Translations under genes and position numbers: made by a program | In this document: piece after piece, positions 18,998-29,030 of the stretch | Numbering within the stretch: position 1 is the stretch's first letter | Layout: each line of letters opens with the position of its first letter | Source: Chthoniobacteraceae bacterium | GTDB taxonomy: Bacteria; Verrucomicrobiota; Verrucomicrobiia; Chthoniobacterales; Chthoniobacteraceae | Length of the DNA stretch: 64,000 nucleotides | Direction: 5' to 3' | NCBI GenBank assembly: GCA_037190965.1 | Contig: JBBCKI010000015.1 | Coordinates: 26,264 to 90,263 of the forward strand | The notes under the pieces: generated by a model | Database searches by the model: none | What the model was told of the DNA's origin: nothing | The model's input: the letters and a program-made list of their open reading frames with translations, nothing else

Positions 18998-19728
18998 ATC
19001 TCCCCCTACGCGCCCTGCTGGCCGACGACGAGCGACTTGCGCGGAAACGATTGAGCCAAATGCTCCTCGCGCACCCGGAGATCCAGGTAATCGGCGAAAC
19101 CGACGATGTAAACTCCACCATCGCTTTCGCCGAACAGGAAGCGCCCGACGTCATTTTCCTCGATGTACAAATGCCGCCCGGCTGCGGCTTTGACGTATTG
19201 CCGTCGCTCAGTCCCCTCCCCAGGATCGTTTTTGTCACGGCTTACGACACTTTTGCCGTCAGGGCCTTCGATGCCCAAGCTTTCGATTACCTCCTCAAGC
19301 CAGTCCACCCCGATCGCCTTGAAGAAACTGTGCGACGACTGCGCGCCAACCCGGCAGCCTCGCTTCAACAGAAGAGTGTACCGGTCGAAAAGCTGCAATT
19401 GGACGACCTCGTCACCCTGCGCGACAAAGGAACCATTCGCATCCTGCCCGCCGGCACGATTGCGGCGATCGAAGCCGAAGCCGCCTACTCACGCGTCACG
19501 CCCTCCGGCCAAAGCGGCATCGTCGTGCTCGGGCCGATTTGCGACTGGGAGGACCGGCTCCCCTCACCCCCGTTTATCCGGCTGGATCGATCATTGATCA
19601 TCAACCTGAACCTGGTGCGGGAGGTGAATGTCCTGAACCGCGACGAAACGCGGCTCAGCCTCAAGGGTGTGAGCGATCCGCTGATCCTTGGTCGAGCGGC
19701 TTCGATCAGACTGCGAAAGCTGTTTTAG
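18994..19728 (+). CDS. LytTR-family response regulator
   Basis: ADDE, FLDVQMP, FVTAYD, DYLLKP; LytTR-type C-terminus FIRLDRSLIINL; ATGA overlap with the kinase. Confidence 0.93.
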   Translation: MNLPLRALLADDERLARKRLSQMLLAHPEIQVIGETDDVNSTIAFAEQEAPDVIFLDVQMPPGCGFDVLPSLSPLPRIVFVTAYDTFAVRAFDAQAFDYLLKPVHPDRLEETVRRLRANPAASLQQKSVPVEKLQLDDLVTLRDKGTIRILPAGTIAAIEAEAAYSRVTPSGQSGIVVLGPICDWEDRLPSPPFIRLDRSLIINLNLVREVNVLNRDETRLSLKGVSDPLILGRAASIRLRKLF

Positions 19729-19743
19729 CCTGCCTACTTGGCC

Positions 19744-20736
19744 CTACTTGGCCGTCCCCGGCTTCAGCCAGGCGGCGTCCTCCTCGATCACTCGATGGAT
19801 CGCATCCCGACATTCATCCGTCAGCGGGTATCCGAGGAAGCCCGCCGTTGAGGAAAACACTCCAAGCTTCACGAGGCTGTATTTAAGGCCGGTCAACCAG
19901 CAGGCGATCTTTTCACCCCCGTAAACGGAGAAAAGCATCCGTTTTGTCCGCTCGTCGATCTGCGTCGCCTTCTCCAGATCACCCGCGACCAACGCTGCGT
20001 CCATCGCCTTGATGTAAGCCGTGCTCAGGATCGCCCCACCGGTCATCAATCCGTTATACCCGGCGACCAGGTAGTCCAGCCCCGCAAACTCATCCCCATC
20101 CAACAAGACAAGCTCGGGGCGTTGCGCCCTCGCGGCCAGCGCCACCTCCCGATGATCCGCCGCCGCCGAACTATCCTTGACGAGGCGAACCGCCGGGTGC
20201 GCATAGATCTCGGTCAGGATCTCCGAAGTCAACGGAAAGCCCGGCTTATTGCCACGGTCATAGAAACAGACCGGCTTGGGAGAACGATCAAAAATCTCCG
20301 TATAGTATCGGATCACCCGCTCCGGAGTTGCATTCATGAACATGGCGGGTTGAGCCACCACGACGTAATCGCATGCCTCCAGACAAAGCGCTTCGATCTG
20401 GCCAAGCACCCGGGAGGAAGAGTTATCGGTCACCTGCACGGCGAGTTGCATCCTGCCCTGATTTGCCTCCACGGCCCGCCGCACCAACTCGCGCGTCTGC
20501 TCCTGCGTCATCCACGGCCCTTCGCCGCAGGTCCCCGCCAGGAAGAGGCCGTCCGTACCCAGAGCCGCGTGATGATCGATCATCCGCACGATCGACTCGC
20601 GATCCAGAGCCATTGAATCGAGAAATGGCGTCGGAGTGGCTGACCATACCAACGCAGCGCGATTCGGGCGGGCGTTTGCGCCGCCAGGTAGCACCTGTGA
20701 TCCGGAATTTGTGGAAACAGCCTGGGTCGAACTCAT
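19744..20736 (-). CDS. DapA/NAL-family class I aldolase or lyase
   Basis: ATPTPF, GTCGEG, FYDR and Schiff-base Lys in VKDSS. Too divergent to call it DapA itself. Confidence 0.85.
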   Translation of the reverse strand: MSSTQAVSTNSGSQVLPGGANARPNRAALVWSATPTPFLDSMALDRESIVRMIDHHAALGTDGLFLAGTCGEGPWMTQEQTRELVRRAVEANQGRMQLAVQVTDNSSSRVLGQIEALCLEACDYVVVAQPAMFMNATPERVIRYYTEIFDRSPKPVCFYDRGNKPGFPLTSEILTEIYAHPAVRLVKDSSAAADHREVALAARAQRPELVLLDGDEFAGLDYLVAGYNGLMTGGAILSTAYIKAMDAALVAGDLEKATQIDERTKRMLFSVYGGEKIACWLTGLKYSLVKLGVFSSTAGFLGYPLTDECRDAIHRVIEEDAAWLKPGTAK

Positions 20737-20846
20737 ACTTGCCTTGGTTTCTTGAATGGTTGATCTGGATAATCTGACTTTGCGCGATTGAGCACTGATT
20801 GCGGCAAACTACCGCAGGCCTTCGGGAAATAACATCGAGACAATCC

Positions 20847-20863
20847 TGGAAAAACTTTTTCCA
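20847..20863. promoter_or_regulatory. Candidate operator
   Basis: Perfect inverted repeat TGGAAAAA-C-TTTTTCCA in the divergent intergenic region between the aldolase and its regulator. Confidence 0.5.
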
Positions 20864-20880
20864 CCTTTGTAAAAGAAGCC

Positions 20881-21978
20881 ATGGCCGATCCCCTTCGAAC
20901 CTTCCGGCGCTCATCCGTCATCGAACAGACTGCGGAGGTCCTCACCGAAGCCATCCAGCGCGGAGAGATGACCAACCCGCTCCCGAGCGAATTGCAACTC
21001 GCGGAAAAGCTCAAGGTCAGCCGCCCCACGTTGAGGCGGGCTCTTGCAATCCTTGCCAAGCGCAACCTGGTCGCCACCGCCAAGGGCAAACGAACACGGC
21101 TTGTCGCCCGAGACGAAACCGAAGAGGCCCCCCGGCCCCAAAATCGCGCGGGTTCGGTCTGCTTCGTAGTCTCCGCGTCGTATCACCCGACTACCTTGTT
21201 GATGAATCCCATCTTCACTGAGATGAAGTTCCAACTGACCGCCGAGGGGATCGCATGGGATGCCATCTATGAATCGAAATTGGGAGGAAGAAAGACCACG
21301 GCCCGGCTGGCGGAGATTGTTTCCGGTCGCAGGGATACCTGCTATGTCCTCTTCAGCCCGGCAAAGCCCCTGCAACGATGGTTCATGGAATCCGGGTTGC
21401 CGGTCCTGATTCTCGGCTCGTGCTACGAGGGGGTAGACCTCCCTTCCATCGACATCGACTATCGCGCCGTCGGCTGGCATGCCGCAGGGCAACTCATCAA
21501 GAACGGCCACAAGCGAATCCTTCTGGTCAAACCTTCCTGGGCTCACCCCATGGGAAATACGACCACGGAAAAGGCCCTCAGAGATTATCTCGAACAGACG
21601 GAAAACGCTCGACTCCAAGTTCTGCAAGTCGCGCCCGATCCCAACGAGTTCCTTCCCTCCCTGGAGCGCGCCCTCCGCGGCCCCAAGGCACCCACGGCCA
21701 TCATCGCCTGCCGCGTCGAGATCGCACTGTCTCTTTTGGGATCGGTGCAACTTTTCGGCAAAAGCATCCCCAAAGATGTCTCCCTGATTTCCAGGGATCA
21801 TTACCCCATCCTCGAAGCCATGACCCCCCAGGTGACCCGTTACGCGTCCAACCTCCCCTCTTTCGCGCGCAAGGCCGTCCGCTTTATCCACGCTCTGCTT
21901 CAGGGAAACGTCCCTCGACGCAAAACCGTCCTGATCTCCCCGGAATTCGTCCCCGGCCAGACCCTTCGGCCGATTTGA
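20881..21978 (+). CDS. GntR-HTH / LacI-type sensor-domain transcriptional regulator
   Basis: LPSELQLAEKLKVSRPTLRRAL HTH; periplasmic-binding-protein-like C-terminus (PSIDIDY, GHKRI, PTAII, IPKDVSLIS). Confidence 0.9.
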   Translation: MADPLRTFRRSSVIEQTAEVLTEAIQRGEMTNPLPSELQLAEKLKVSRPTLRRALAILAKRNLVATAKGKRTRLVARDETEEAPRPQNRAGSVCFVVSASYHPTTLLMNPIFTEMKFQLTAEGIAWDAIYESKLGGRKTTARLAEIVSGRRDTCYVLFSPAKPLQRWFMESGLPVLILGSCYEGVDLPSIDIDYRAVGWHAAGQLIKNGHKRILLVKPSWAHPMGNTTTEKALRDYLEQTENARLQVLQVAPDPNEFLPSLERALRGPKAPTAIIACRVEIALSLLGSVQLFGKSIPKDVSLISRDHYPILEAMTPQVTRYASNLPSFARKAVRFIHALLQGNVPRRKTVLISPEFVPGQTLRPI

Positions 21979-22054
21979 TCGGCTCCCCCCGATTTTCCGA
22001 TCTTTCTCCTTGCCGTAGCCGAAAAAACAACGATACTCCCCTCCTCTGTCAACA

Positions 22055-22146
22055 GGAAGGGTGGCTGAGTCCGGTTTAAGGCACTCGACTCGAAATCGAA
22101 CGTGGCAGAAATGTCACCGCGGGTTCGAATCCCGCCCCTTCCGCCA
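22055..22146 (+). tRNA. tRNA-Ser (CGA)
   Basis: Acceptor GGAAGGG/CCCTTCC, discriminator G, encoded CCA; anticodon loop CT-CGA-AA; long variable arm; T-arm GCGGG-TTCGAAT-CCCGC. Promoter-like TTGCCG-N16-GATACT at 22010-22037. Confidence 0.96.
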
Positions 22147-22322
22147 ATGCATCATAAAGGCTGTAAAGACTTTAGATTTCCGCAATGTCGCACAAACCTG
22201 GCGTTTCGGTTTGGGAAGACTGTCGGCATGAGCCTTATTTCAATCAGCTTCGCACGGCGGGCGCTTTTGGCGGATGCCATAGCATCATTCAGCTTTTCTG
22301 TTTATCTCGGGTTCAAGTTATC

Positions 22323-22355
22323 AAACAAAGGAGCCCGGCGATGCATCGCCGGGCT
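22323..22355 (-). terminator. Probable intrinsic terminator
   Basis: 24-bp perfect palindrome AGCCCGGCGATGCATCGCCGGGCT (22332-22355) followed on the minus strand by CCTTTGTTT; downstream of the two small minus-strand genes. Confidence 0.65.
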
Positions 22356-22458
22356 ATATTCATCTACCCCTTTCCTAAAAGGAATGAAGGGCCGCGGTTC
22401 TTGACAAGAAGCCGTTGATTGACCCGTTGGGGTAGCTTGACGTTCACCGCATTGTTCC

Positions 22459-22644
22459 CTAATAGGAGCTGACGCTGCGCGTTTGCGTGGTAGTGGTCGC
22501 ATTAACGGGCCGGTGCAATGTGCTTTCCTCCGTCGTCGTGGTCGTACTGTGGTACGATGGATCCTTTTTCTCCACCACAGTAGTACAGGCAGATAATGCC
22601 ACAAGAGCGGCGGCGACAAGGCATGGGAGAATGATCTTTTTCAT
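22459..22644 (-). CDS. Small Thr-rich lipoprotein (61 aa)
   Basis: MKKIILPCLVAAALVALSAC with lipobox LSAC; Thr-rich mature part. Confidence 0.75.
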   Translation of the reverse strand: MKKIILPCLVAAALVALSACTTVVEKKDPSYHSTTTTTEESTLHRPVNATTTTQTRSVSSY

Positions 22645-22667
22645 AGATGGAATGACTATTTGCATTG

Positions 22668-23081
22668 CTACTCGTCGACGGTGGTGGTCGTCGTCGTACT
22701 GGTTTTCTTTTCCTCAATCACGGCAGGCGGGGGCGCTGTTGCGACCGTCTTTCTTACGATGACTTTTGAAGCCACCATCTTATTCCCTTCCTTGGCGTAG
22801 AACACGGTCACGGGAACACCGGACCTCACAACCGCCATCGAGACCGGCGTGCCGGCTTCATCGACGTAAGTCGTTGTTTTTGTGTATGTATAGCGAACCG
22901 GTTCGGGCGACGTTTCAGTTTTAATGACAATCGTCTCCGGACTGAACTCGCTAATGATTCCAACAGATGGAACCATCGTTGTTGTTTCAACGGCCGTCTG
23001 TGCTTCAAGGGTTGATTGAGCGGTGATCAGCAACACCCCTAGATAGGTGAAGCTGCCAATGTTTCGGATAATTTTTTTCAT
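22668..23081 (-). CDS. Secreted Thr/Val-rich hypothetical protein
   Basis: MKKII signal peptide, beta-rich core, poly-Thr tail; 23 bp upstream of the lipoprotein gene. Confidence 0.75.
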   Translation of the reverse strand: MKKIIRNIGSFTYLGVLLITAQSTLEAQTAVETTTMVPSVGIISEFSPETIVIKTETSPEPVRYTYTKTTTYVDEAGTPVSMAVVRSGVPVTVFYAKEGNKMVASKVIVRKTVATAPPPAVIEEKKTSTTTTTTVDE

Positions 23082-23683
23082 TGTATACCAGAGACTACGC
23101 CATCAATGGCTCGGTCGGTCGTATGAACGCGAGCGCGAGGCCAGCCCAAGGACCGAATCCTTCATGTGCGCCGGTCTGGCGATCGATTCGCGCCAATCAG
23201 ATAGAGAAGAACAACGCCTCTGCAGAACCATTGTTTTTGTACAGCAGAAGGCAGGCCATGGTTTCTGCAAACGCTATACTCACAGCAACGGCATTCGAAT
23301 GTTCAACGGCATTAACTTCACCGAGAGGTCAGATTAAACAAAGTTGATTTGTTTCGCGATGTCAGATGCCGACCTTAACATTACCAACGAACTGCGCAGT
23401 TGCGAAACGGCAGTTTATTTCCGTCTATTTTGAAGGTTTCCGGCATTAGGGGAACGCTGATTGAATGATTTTGTCACAGAAGCCTACCGTTTTCGGGTCT
23501 CCTGTCATAGATGGCCTGGAATCGTCCACTTTCCTTCCGGCACCAGCGTCCGCTTTACCCATGTAGGCCGCCTTCATGATGCAATGGTGAAGACCGGACT
23601 CTGTTCACCGGTCTGAACCGGCCAATCTTTTTTACCACCCTCCGGCGTATTGCTTCAGGAAGAAGGAAAGATAGCGTGACCCC

Positions 23684-24805
23684 ATGGTCGAAAAAACCTC
23701 ATTAGCTGACTACCGCTGTGCGCACCACAATGTTCTCTATCGCAATCCCAAGCCTCATGTGAGGAGCGTTCACGCGTACTTTCCATCGGTGATTGCTTTC
23801 GACCGTCAACATTTGGGCGCGACCGTGGTGCTCGGTGAGGCATTTGAAGCGCCAAACCTCCACCTCGCATACTTTGAATCGACGGATGGCGGTGCAAGCT
23901 GGAGCCGCAAATCGACGGTCACAGAGCCGACACCCGACCTGAGTTCCTCGACAGTAGGACGCTTGAGCCTTCTACCGGACGGCACTCTGTCGGCCATTGT
24001 GGTTCGTCACGAACGATCCGCTGATGACGAAGGAATTACTGAGGGAAGGACTATCGGGATGATGCCGATGCGAATCGAGCAGTATCGCTCCAGCGATCGC
24101 GGCGCGAGTTGGTCAGCACCAGAAGTCGTGACGCCACCGCTCGCGGATACTTCTTTTGAAATTTGTTCGAATTTCACCATCCTTGAAGATGGAACGTTTC
24201 TTTGGCCCACCTCCACTTGGCCTGTTGCAGGGCAAGAAGTGCGGTCGGACAAATTTAGGACGGGCGCTTTCATTTCGAAGGACCAAGGCAAAAAATGGCC
24301 TGCATGGATGACGGTGTTTCCCAACGACCGGTATATCTACTGGGAATCCAAGATCGTCCCGTTGGCCGACGAACGTTTACTGGCAGTTGCCTGGGTTCAT
24401 GATCTGGAGAGTGGCAAGGACTTACCCAATCACTATGCAGTTGGGTGCAAGGACGGCTCGCGGTGGAGCGCACCGCAATCGATGGGAATTCTTGGCCAGA
24501 CCCTCAGCAGCACCGTTCTACCGGACGGTAATATTCTCAGTGTTTATCGTCGAGTCGATCAGCCGGGGCTCTGGGGAACGATATCCAGCCTGGAGGGAGA
24601 GACCTGGTTCAACCACGGCCATGAACTTCTCTGGGGCGGCCCTAGCGCCTCGTCAAATACCGACAATATTCGCCAACATTTTGCGACATTGAAGTTTGGG
24701 GCCCCTTCGATCCTGAGACTGCCGAATGACGATATCTTTATTGCATTCTGGGCAGTGATTGATAGCGTTTCCCAGATCAACACAATTACCCTGTCCAAAG
24801 TATGA
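23684..24805 (+). CDS. BNR/Asp-box (sialidase-fold) beta-propeller protein
   Basis: Asp-boxes STDGGASWS, SSDRGASWS, SKDQGKKWP, CKDGSRWS; no signal peptide. Confidence 0.85.
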   Translation: MVEKTSLADYRCAHHNVLYRNPKPHVRSVHAYFPSVIAFDRQHLGATVVLGEAFEAPNLHLAYFESTDGGASWSRKSTVTEPTPDLSSSTVGRLSLLPDGTLSAIVVRHERSADDEGITEGRTIGMMPMRIEQYRSSDRGASWSAPEVVTPPLADTSFEICSNFTILEDGTFLWPTSTWPVAGQEVRSDKFRTGAFISKDQGKKWPAWMTVFPNDRYIYWESKIVPLADERLLAVAWVHDLESGKDLPNHYAVGCKDGSRWSAPQSMGILGQTLSSTVLPDGNILSVYRRVDQPGLWGTISSLEGETWFNHGHELLWGGPSASSNTDNIRQHFATLKFGAPSILRLPNDDIFIAFWAVIDSVSQINTITLSKV

Positions 24806-25473
24806 CGCCCGTGCTTTCCAGCCGTGAACGAATTGCCCATCAACTAGCCGGCAACTTCCCTATCAAATGGATCTTTACAGGAGATAGCATTACTCACGGA
24901 GCTCATCATACATTTGGTTATCGAGACTACCCCGAGCACTTCGCCGAACGGGTGCGTTGGGAAAAAGGGCGTGGGCGAGATAGCATTATTACAACGGGTG
25001 TCAGCGGATGGAGGATCACTCATATCGCCGAAGACCTGGAATGGAACGTGTTGCAGTATTCTCCTCAAACCGTGTCTCTCAACGTCGGCATGAATGACTG
25101 TGTGGCAGGAGCGGAAGGTGTTGCCCCTTTTGGCGCTGTTTATCGACAGGTATTGGATCTCATTAGAAAGGAGACTGATGCGGCATTGATTCTCCATACC
25201 CCTAACACGATTCTTGATACGCCCCAGCGGCTCCGTGCAAATCTCGCTCTCTATTCCGGAGAGATCCGCAAAATCGCCAAAGAATATGACACCGTTTTAG
25301 TTGACCACGAAAGAGTTTGGCTCGACGCGGAAAGGCGACAAGCCTTGATGTATTGGTTATCCGACGAAATCCACCCGAATGAGTATGGCCATCGCGCCAT
25401 GGCGCATACCCTTCTTCGCGAGTTGGATCTATTCGATCCGGAGAGCTTCGTCTGTCGTCTGCTGGTTCCTTAA
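24802..25473 (+). CDS. SGNH/GDSL hydrolase
   Basis: Blocks GDSIT, GVSG, GMND and DEIHPN; ATGA overlap with the propeller gene. Confidence 0.92.
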   Translation: MTPVLSSRERIAHQLAGNFPIKWIFTGDSITHGAHHTFGYRDYPEHFAERVRWEKGRGRDSIITTGVSGWRITHIAEDLEWNVLQYSPQTVSLNVGMNDCVAGAEGVAPFGAVYRQVLDLIRKETDAALILHTPNTILDTPQRLRANLALYSGEIRKIAKEYDTVLVDHERVWLDAERRQALMYWLSDEIHPNEYGHRAMAHTLLRELDLFDPESFVCRLLVP

Positions 25474-25660
25474 GCCTAACCTGACAGGCGGCATGCAGTT
25501 AGGAGAGAAGCAGATCCGCTATCTTCAGACGAAAGAGCTGTCCCAATACGCGGTGGAGCGCTAATTTGTTCGCGCCACCGCCAGTCCTCTTTGACCTGAT
25601 TCCGAGGTTGCGCGCCGCGGTCCTTCACAATTGAGTTTCGCCCAATACTGGGATTCAAGA

Positions 25661-26701
25661 TCAACCACCCGAGCCTGCACAGGGGCCAATCGACTCTCCG
25701 GGGTGGAACTGCGGAATCAACCGCCGTGCAATGGGAGTATGGGGAGGAGAGGCGACAAGGCGGGTCAACAGGCGGAGATAGACAGGCTCGCTTACCGAAT
25801 AAGAGGCAATCCTCGGATAGTGAAAATCGAGGTAAAGAGCCGAGTCGCGCGATAGGATCGAAAGCTGATCGGGAATGCGAATTCCCTCGTTTAAGGCGAA
25901 CGAAGCGGCGGTAATGGAGAGACAAGCGTGGCAAATGAAAAGTGCCGTGGGCGGATTCTTCGCCAACAAAATCCTTCGAAGATTTCGCGTTACCTCGCGG
26001 ACTTCGGGCCACGTCCGAATAACCATCGGCGTAGCATTCGATGTCGCGCTGTTATTAAAGCCCTCCAAAAAACCCTTTTCAGTTTCAACATCTCCCGCGC
26101 GTACGGGCTCCACCAGGATACAAGCAATCTTCCGATGCCCAAGCCGCAAAAGCTTTCCCACAGCATGCCGCGCCGTCGCCCTGCCGTCGATGTCGACCGA
26201 TGAGAGATTCACACCGGGATAAACTGAACCGGATACAATCGCCGGGTATGGCTGCCCGCAAAACCAGCGTTGGGTCGATTCAGGAACCGAAACGAGCACC
26301 GATACTACTTTCGGCGAGAAGAACCCCATTTTCTTTAAGGAATGCACGGCCAAATGAGATCGAATCTCGACCTCCATCCCCTTTCGTTCCAGCGAGGCAG
26401 CTATTGCAGCGGCTAAAGTGTTGGCACCTACGAGAGGATGGTCCCCACCCACTAGAACCAATACTTTTTCCTTTATGCGTAAAGCTTTGCTGGGAAGCAC
26501 AATCTTTCGGGAACGGTTCGGTTCGCAAACGAGTCTTCCATTCTGCTCCAGATACTTCAACGCATCGCGCAGAACAGGCCGACTCACCCCCATCTCGAGG
26601 CTCAACATCCGTTCGCCAGGCAATACCTCGTCCCACTCTCCCTGATCAATTGCTTCAGCGATCCGGGCAGCAACCCGCTGAGCTAGTGATATGCGCGTCA
26701 T
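25661..26701 (-). CDS. GntR-HTH / LacI-type sensor-domain transcriptional regulator
   Basis: LPGERMLSLEMGVSRPVLRDAL HTH; SSVDID, GHRKIA, PPTALF, IPDQLSILS. Start placed at ATG 26701 (uncertain). Confidence 0.88.
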   Translation of the reverse strand: MTRISLAQRVAARIAEAIDQGEWDEVLPGERMLSLEMGVSRPVLRDALKYLEQNGRLVCEPNRSRKIVLPSKALRIKEKVLVLVGGDHPLVGANTLAAAIAASLERKGMEVEIRSHLAVHSLKKMGFFSPKVVSVLVSVPESTQRWFCGQPYPAIVSGSVYPGVNLSSVDIDGRATARHAVGKLLRLGHRKIACILVEPVRAGDVETEKGFLEGFNNSATSNATPMVIRTWPEVREVTRNLRRILLAKNPPTALFICHACLSITAASFALNEGIRIPDQLSILSRDSALYLDFHYPRIASYSVSEPVYLRLLTRLVASPPHTPIARRLIPQFHPGESIGPCAGSGG

Positions 26702-26987
26702 TCGAGGAAGCACGGGTGCAATCGATGACAGAGCCTTATTGATCCGGTCAACTATTTTTACCAATTGGGGCACAATTCCCAATCGACTTCGCGCGAATGT
26801 CAGGCTTACCTCATCGGTAAGCGATGGATGGTTTTCCGTCACGCGACAAGACAAAAGGAGACTGCACGCAAGCCATCTCGAGGCACCGTGGCCGGGGAAC
26901 CGCGCCAACTTTAGGACACAAGGTTCACAAAAACGTTACGCTGGCGTCACGGGGTTGCCATACGGAACGGGTGAATTCCCGGTTCGT

Positions 26988-29030
26988 ATGCGCCACACAT
27001 TATCGTTCGCACTCTGTTCCGCGGTCCTCCTTGCAGGGCCGGTTTCCACCGCTTCCGCCCAGTTCGTCATCAGCGGCAGTACCAGCTCCGCCCAGACCCT
27101 TTCCTCCGGGACGGGCTCGGTGACCTCCACGGGGATTATCAGCATCAACTCCGGCGGCAACGTCGGCGTTACATTGAGCGGCAGCGGGGTCAAGCTGATC
27201 AATGACGGGCAGATTCTTCAGAAGGGCTCCGGCCGTGCCGTGCGCATCATGCCGGGCGGCGACGCGATCGAGATCCAGAATAACGGCGTTATCCGCTCCA
27301 CGGCCGACGATGCGGTCCAGAGCAACCCCGCCAATCCTTCGATCAAGCTGATCAACACGGGGACGATCGAATCAACCGGCGGACAGGCGGTCGATTTCAA
27401 CAACATTACCACCGGTTCCAATACGGTCATCAACTCGGGCCTGATTCGCGGCAACGCCGATGACGCCGTTCGGCCCGGCGTTAATGGAACCGTCATCAAC
27501 ACCGGCACGATCCAGGCGATCCCCACACTCACCGGCACCAGCTATTCCGGCAGTGACGGCGTGGACGGCCAGACCAATTCGGGCTTCAGCGTCACCAACT
27601 CCGGGTATATTACAGGGCGGCACGGGATCACCGGGGGCAACGGTGCCAATTCGTACACCGTCACGGTGACCAACGAAGAAGGAGGCGTCATCGCCGCCGT
27701 CAACGGTTCCGCGATCAATATCGATGGCAAAGGCTCCTTTGGGACCATCGTTAACCACGGCACGATGACGGGAACTTACGACGCGGTGAGAGGCCCCGCG
27801 AGCGGCGACGGGGATGGGGTGGACGTGGACGGCACTGTCCACCTCACCAACTACGGGATCATCCGGGGGCTGGGGGGTAACGGTATCGGCAGCGACGGCG
27901 GGACGAATACGGTGGAAGGCCTCGCCATCGGCGGCGGCACCGTCATCAACCACGCCGGCGCGGAAATTTCCGGCAACAATACGGCGGGGAACACGGCGGT
28001 GGCCAATGGTATCCTTGTCGACGACAGCTCCAATGGAGCGGCCCACGCGGCCACGACGATCACCAACGCCGGGCTAATCCGCGGCTACGCGGGGTATGGC
28101 ATCAAGATTGTCGGTGGGTGGGACAACACGATTACCAACGAGGAAGGCGGCGTGATCCGGGGGACGGAGAACGTGATCACCACCGGCACCGGCAACGATA
28201 CGCTCGTCAACCGCGGCTCGATCGTGGGCGACAACGGGGCCAAGGCGATCGACCTCGGCGGTGGCAACAACACCCTCCGAATCGAGGGCGGAGCCGCCTC
28301 CGTCACCGGAGATATTGATGGCGGCGCGGGTGGCAGCAACACCTTCCACCTCGCCCCCGGCGCGGGGAATGAGTTTGCCTACTCGGGCGTCATCTCCCGC
28401 TTTGCGAACGTGATCGTCGAGAGCGGCACGGTCGCCCTCTCCGGTGCCAGCATCTATACAGGGACCACCACCATCGAGGCCGGAGCGGCGCTCGTCGCCT
28501 CCAACAGCACGGGTAGCGCCACCGGGAGCGGCGATGTCGACGTGCAGGGCCGCCTCGTCGGCGGGGGACGGATCGGCGGCAATGTCTTCGTGGCGGAAAG
28601 CGGCCTCATCGCCCCTGGCGAAGGGAGCGGCGCGCTGGTGATCGACGGGAACCTGACGCTCTCCAACGGAGCGCGCTTTGTCTTCACACTGGGTGAAAGC
28701 GCCGCCGCCTCCAGGTCGATCTTCCTGGGCGGTTCGCTCGCCTTTGAGGAAGGCGCCGTCGCCTTGATCGAGCTGGCCGACAATGGCCTCGCGCTGGGCG
28801 ATTACACGCTGATCACATTCGGTAGCGAGAGCATCCTTTCTCTCGAAAACTTCACCTTGGGCCTGGCCCCCTATGGATTCGGTTCCACCCTGGAGGTGAC
28901 AGGCGACTCGCTGGTCCTCCACGTCACCACCGTGCCGGAACCGTCCAGCGTCTTGCTCTTCGGCACCGCCGCGCTCTTTGGCAGCGGACTGCTCCGGCGC
29001 GTTCGGAGGAAGCAAGCTGCCCGGGCTTGA
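26988..29030 (+). CDS. Gly/Asn/Thr-rich beta-helical surface protein with PEP-CTERM sorting signal
   Basis: Signal peptide from ATG 26988 (…ASA|Q); many xxNxGxI repeats; one autotransporter-associated beta-strand-like repeat (GTVALSGASIYTGTTTIEAG); VPEPSS + TM + RRVRRK. Confidence 0.9.
   Translation: MRHTLSFALCSAVLLAGPVSTASAQFVISGSTSSAQTLSSGTGSVTSTGIISINSGGNVGVTLSGSGVKLINDGQILQKGSGRAVRIMPGGDAIEIQNNGVIRSTADDAVQSNPANPSIKLINTGTIESTGGQAVDFNNITTGSNTVINSGLIRGNADDAVRPGVNGTVINTGTIQAIPTLTGTSYSGSDGVDGQTNSGFSVTNSGYITGRHGITGGNGANSYTVTVTNEEGGVIAAVNGSAINIDGKGSFGTIVNHGTMTGTYDAVRGPASGDGDGVDVDGTVHLTNYGIIRGLGGNGIGSDGGTNTVEGLAIGGGTVINHAGAEISGNNTAGNTAVANGILVDDSSNGAAHAATTITNAGLIRGYAGYGIKIVGGWDNTITNEEGGVIRGTENVITTGTGNDTLVNRGSIVGDNGAKAIDLGGGNNTLRIEGGAASVTGDIDGGAGGSNTFHLAPGAGNEFAYSGVISRFANVIVESGTVALSGASIYTGTTTIEAGAALVASNSTGSATGSGDVDVQGRLVGGGRIGGNVFVAESGLIAPGEGSGALVIDGNLTLSNGARFVFTLGESAAASRSIFLGGSLAFEEGAVALIELADNGLALGDYTLITFGSESILSLENFTLGLAPYGFGSTLEVTGDSLVLHVTTVPEPSSVLLFGTAALFGSGLLRRVRRKQAARA

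Noticed and set aside
19744..20736. Calling this gene dapA or nanA
   Set aside because: Only family-level motifs are present, and the context does not fix the substrate.
22147..23683. Integrase or prophage downstream of tRNA-Ser
   Set aside because: No recombinase motifs, phage genes or att duplication were recognised.
26988..29030. Classical autotransporter
   Set aside because: No C-terminal beta-barrel; the protein ends in a PEP-CTERM signal.
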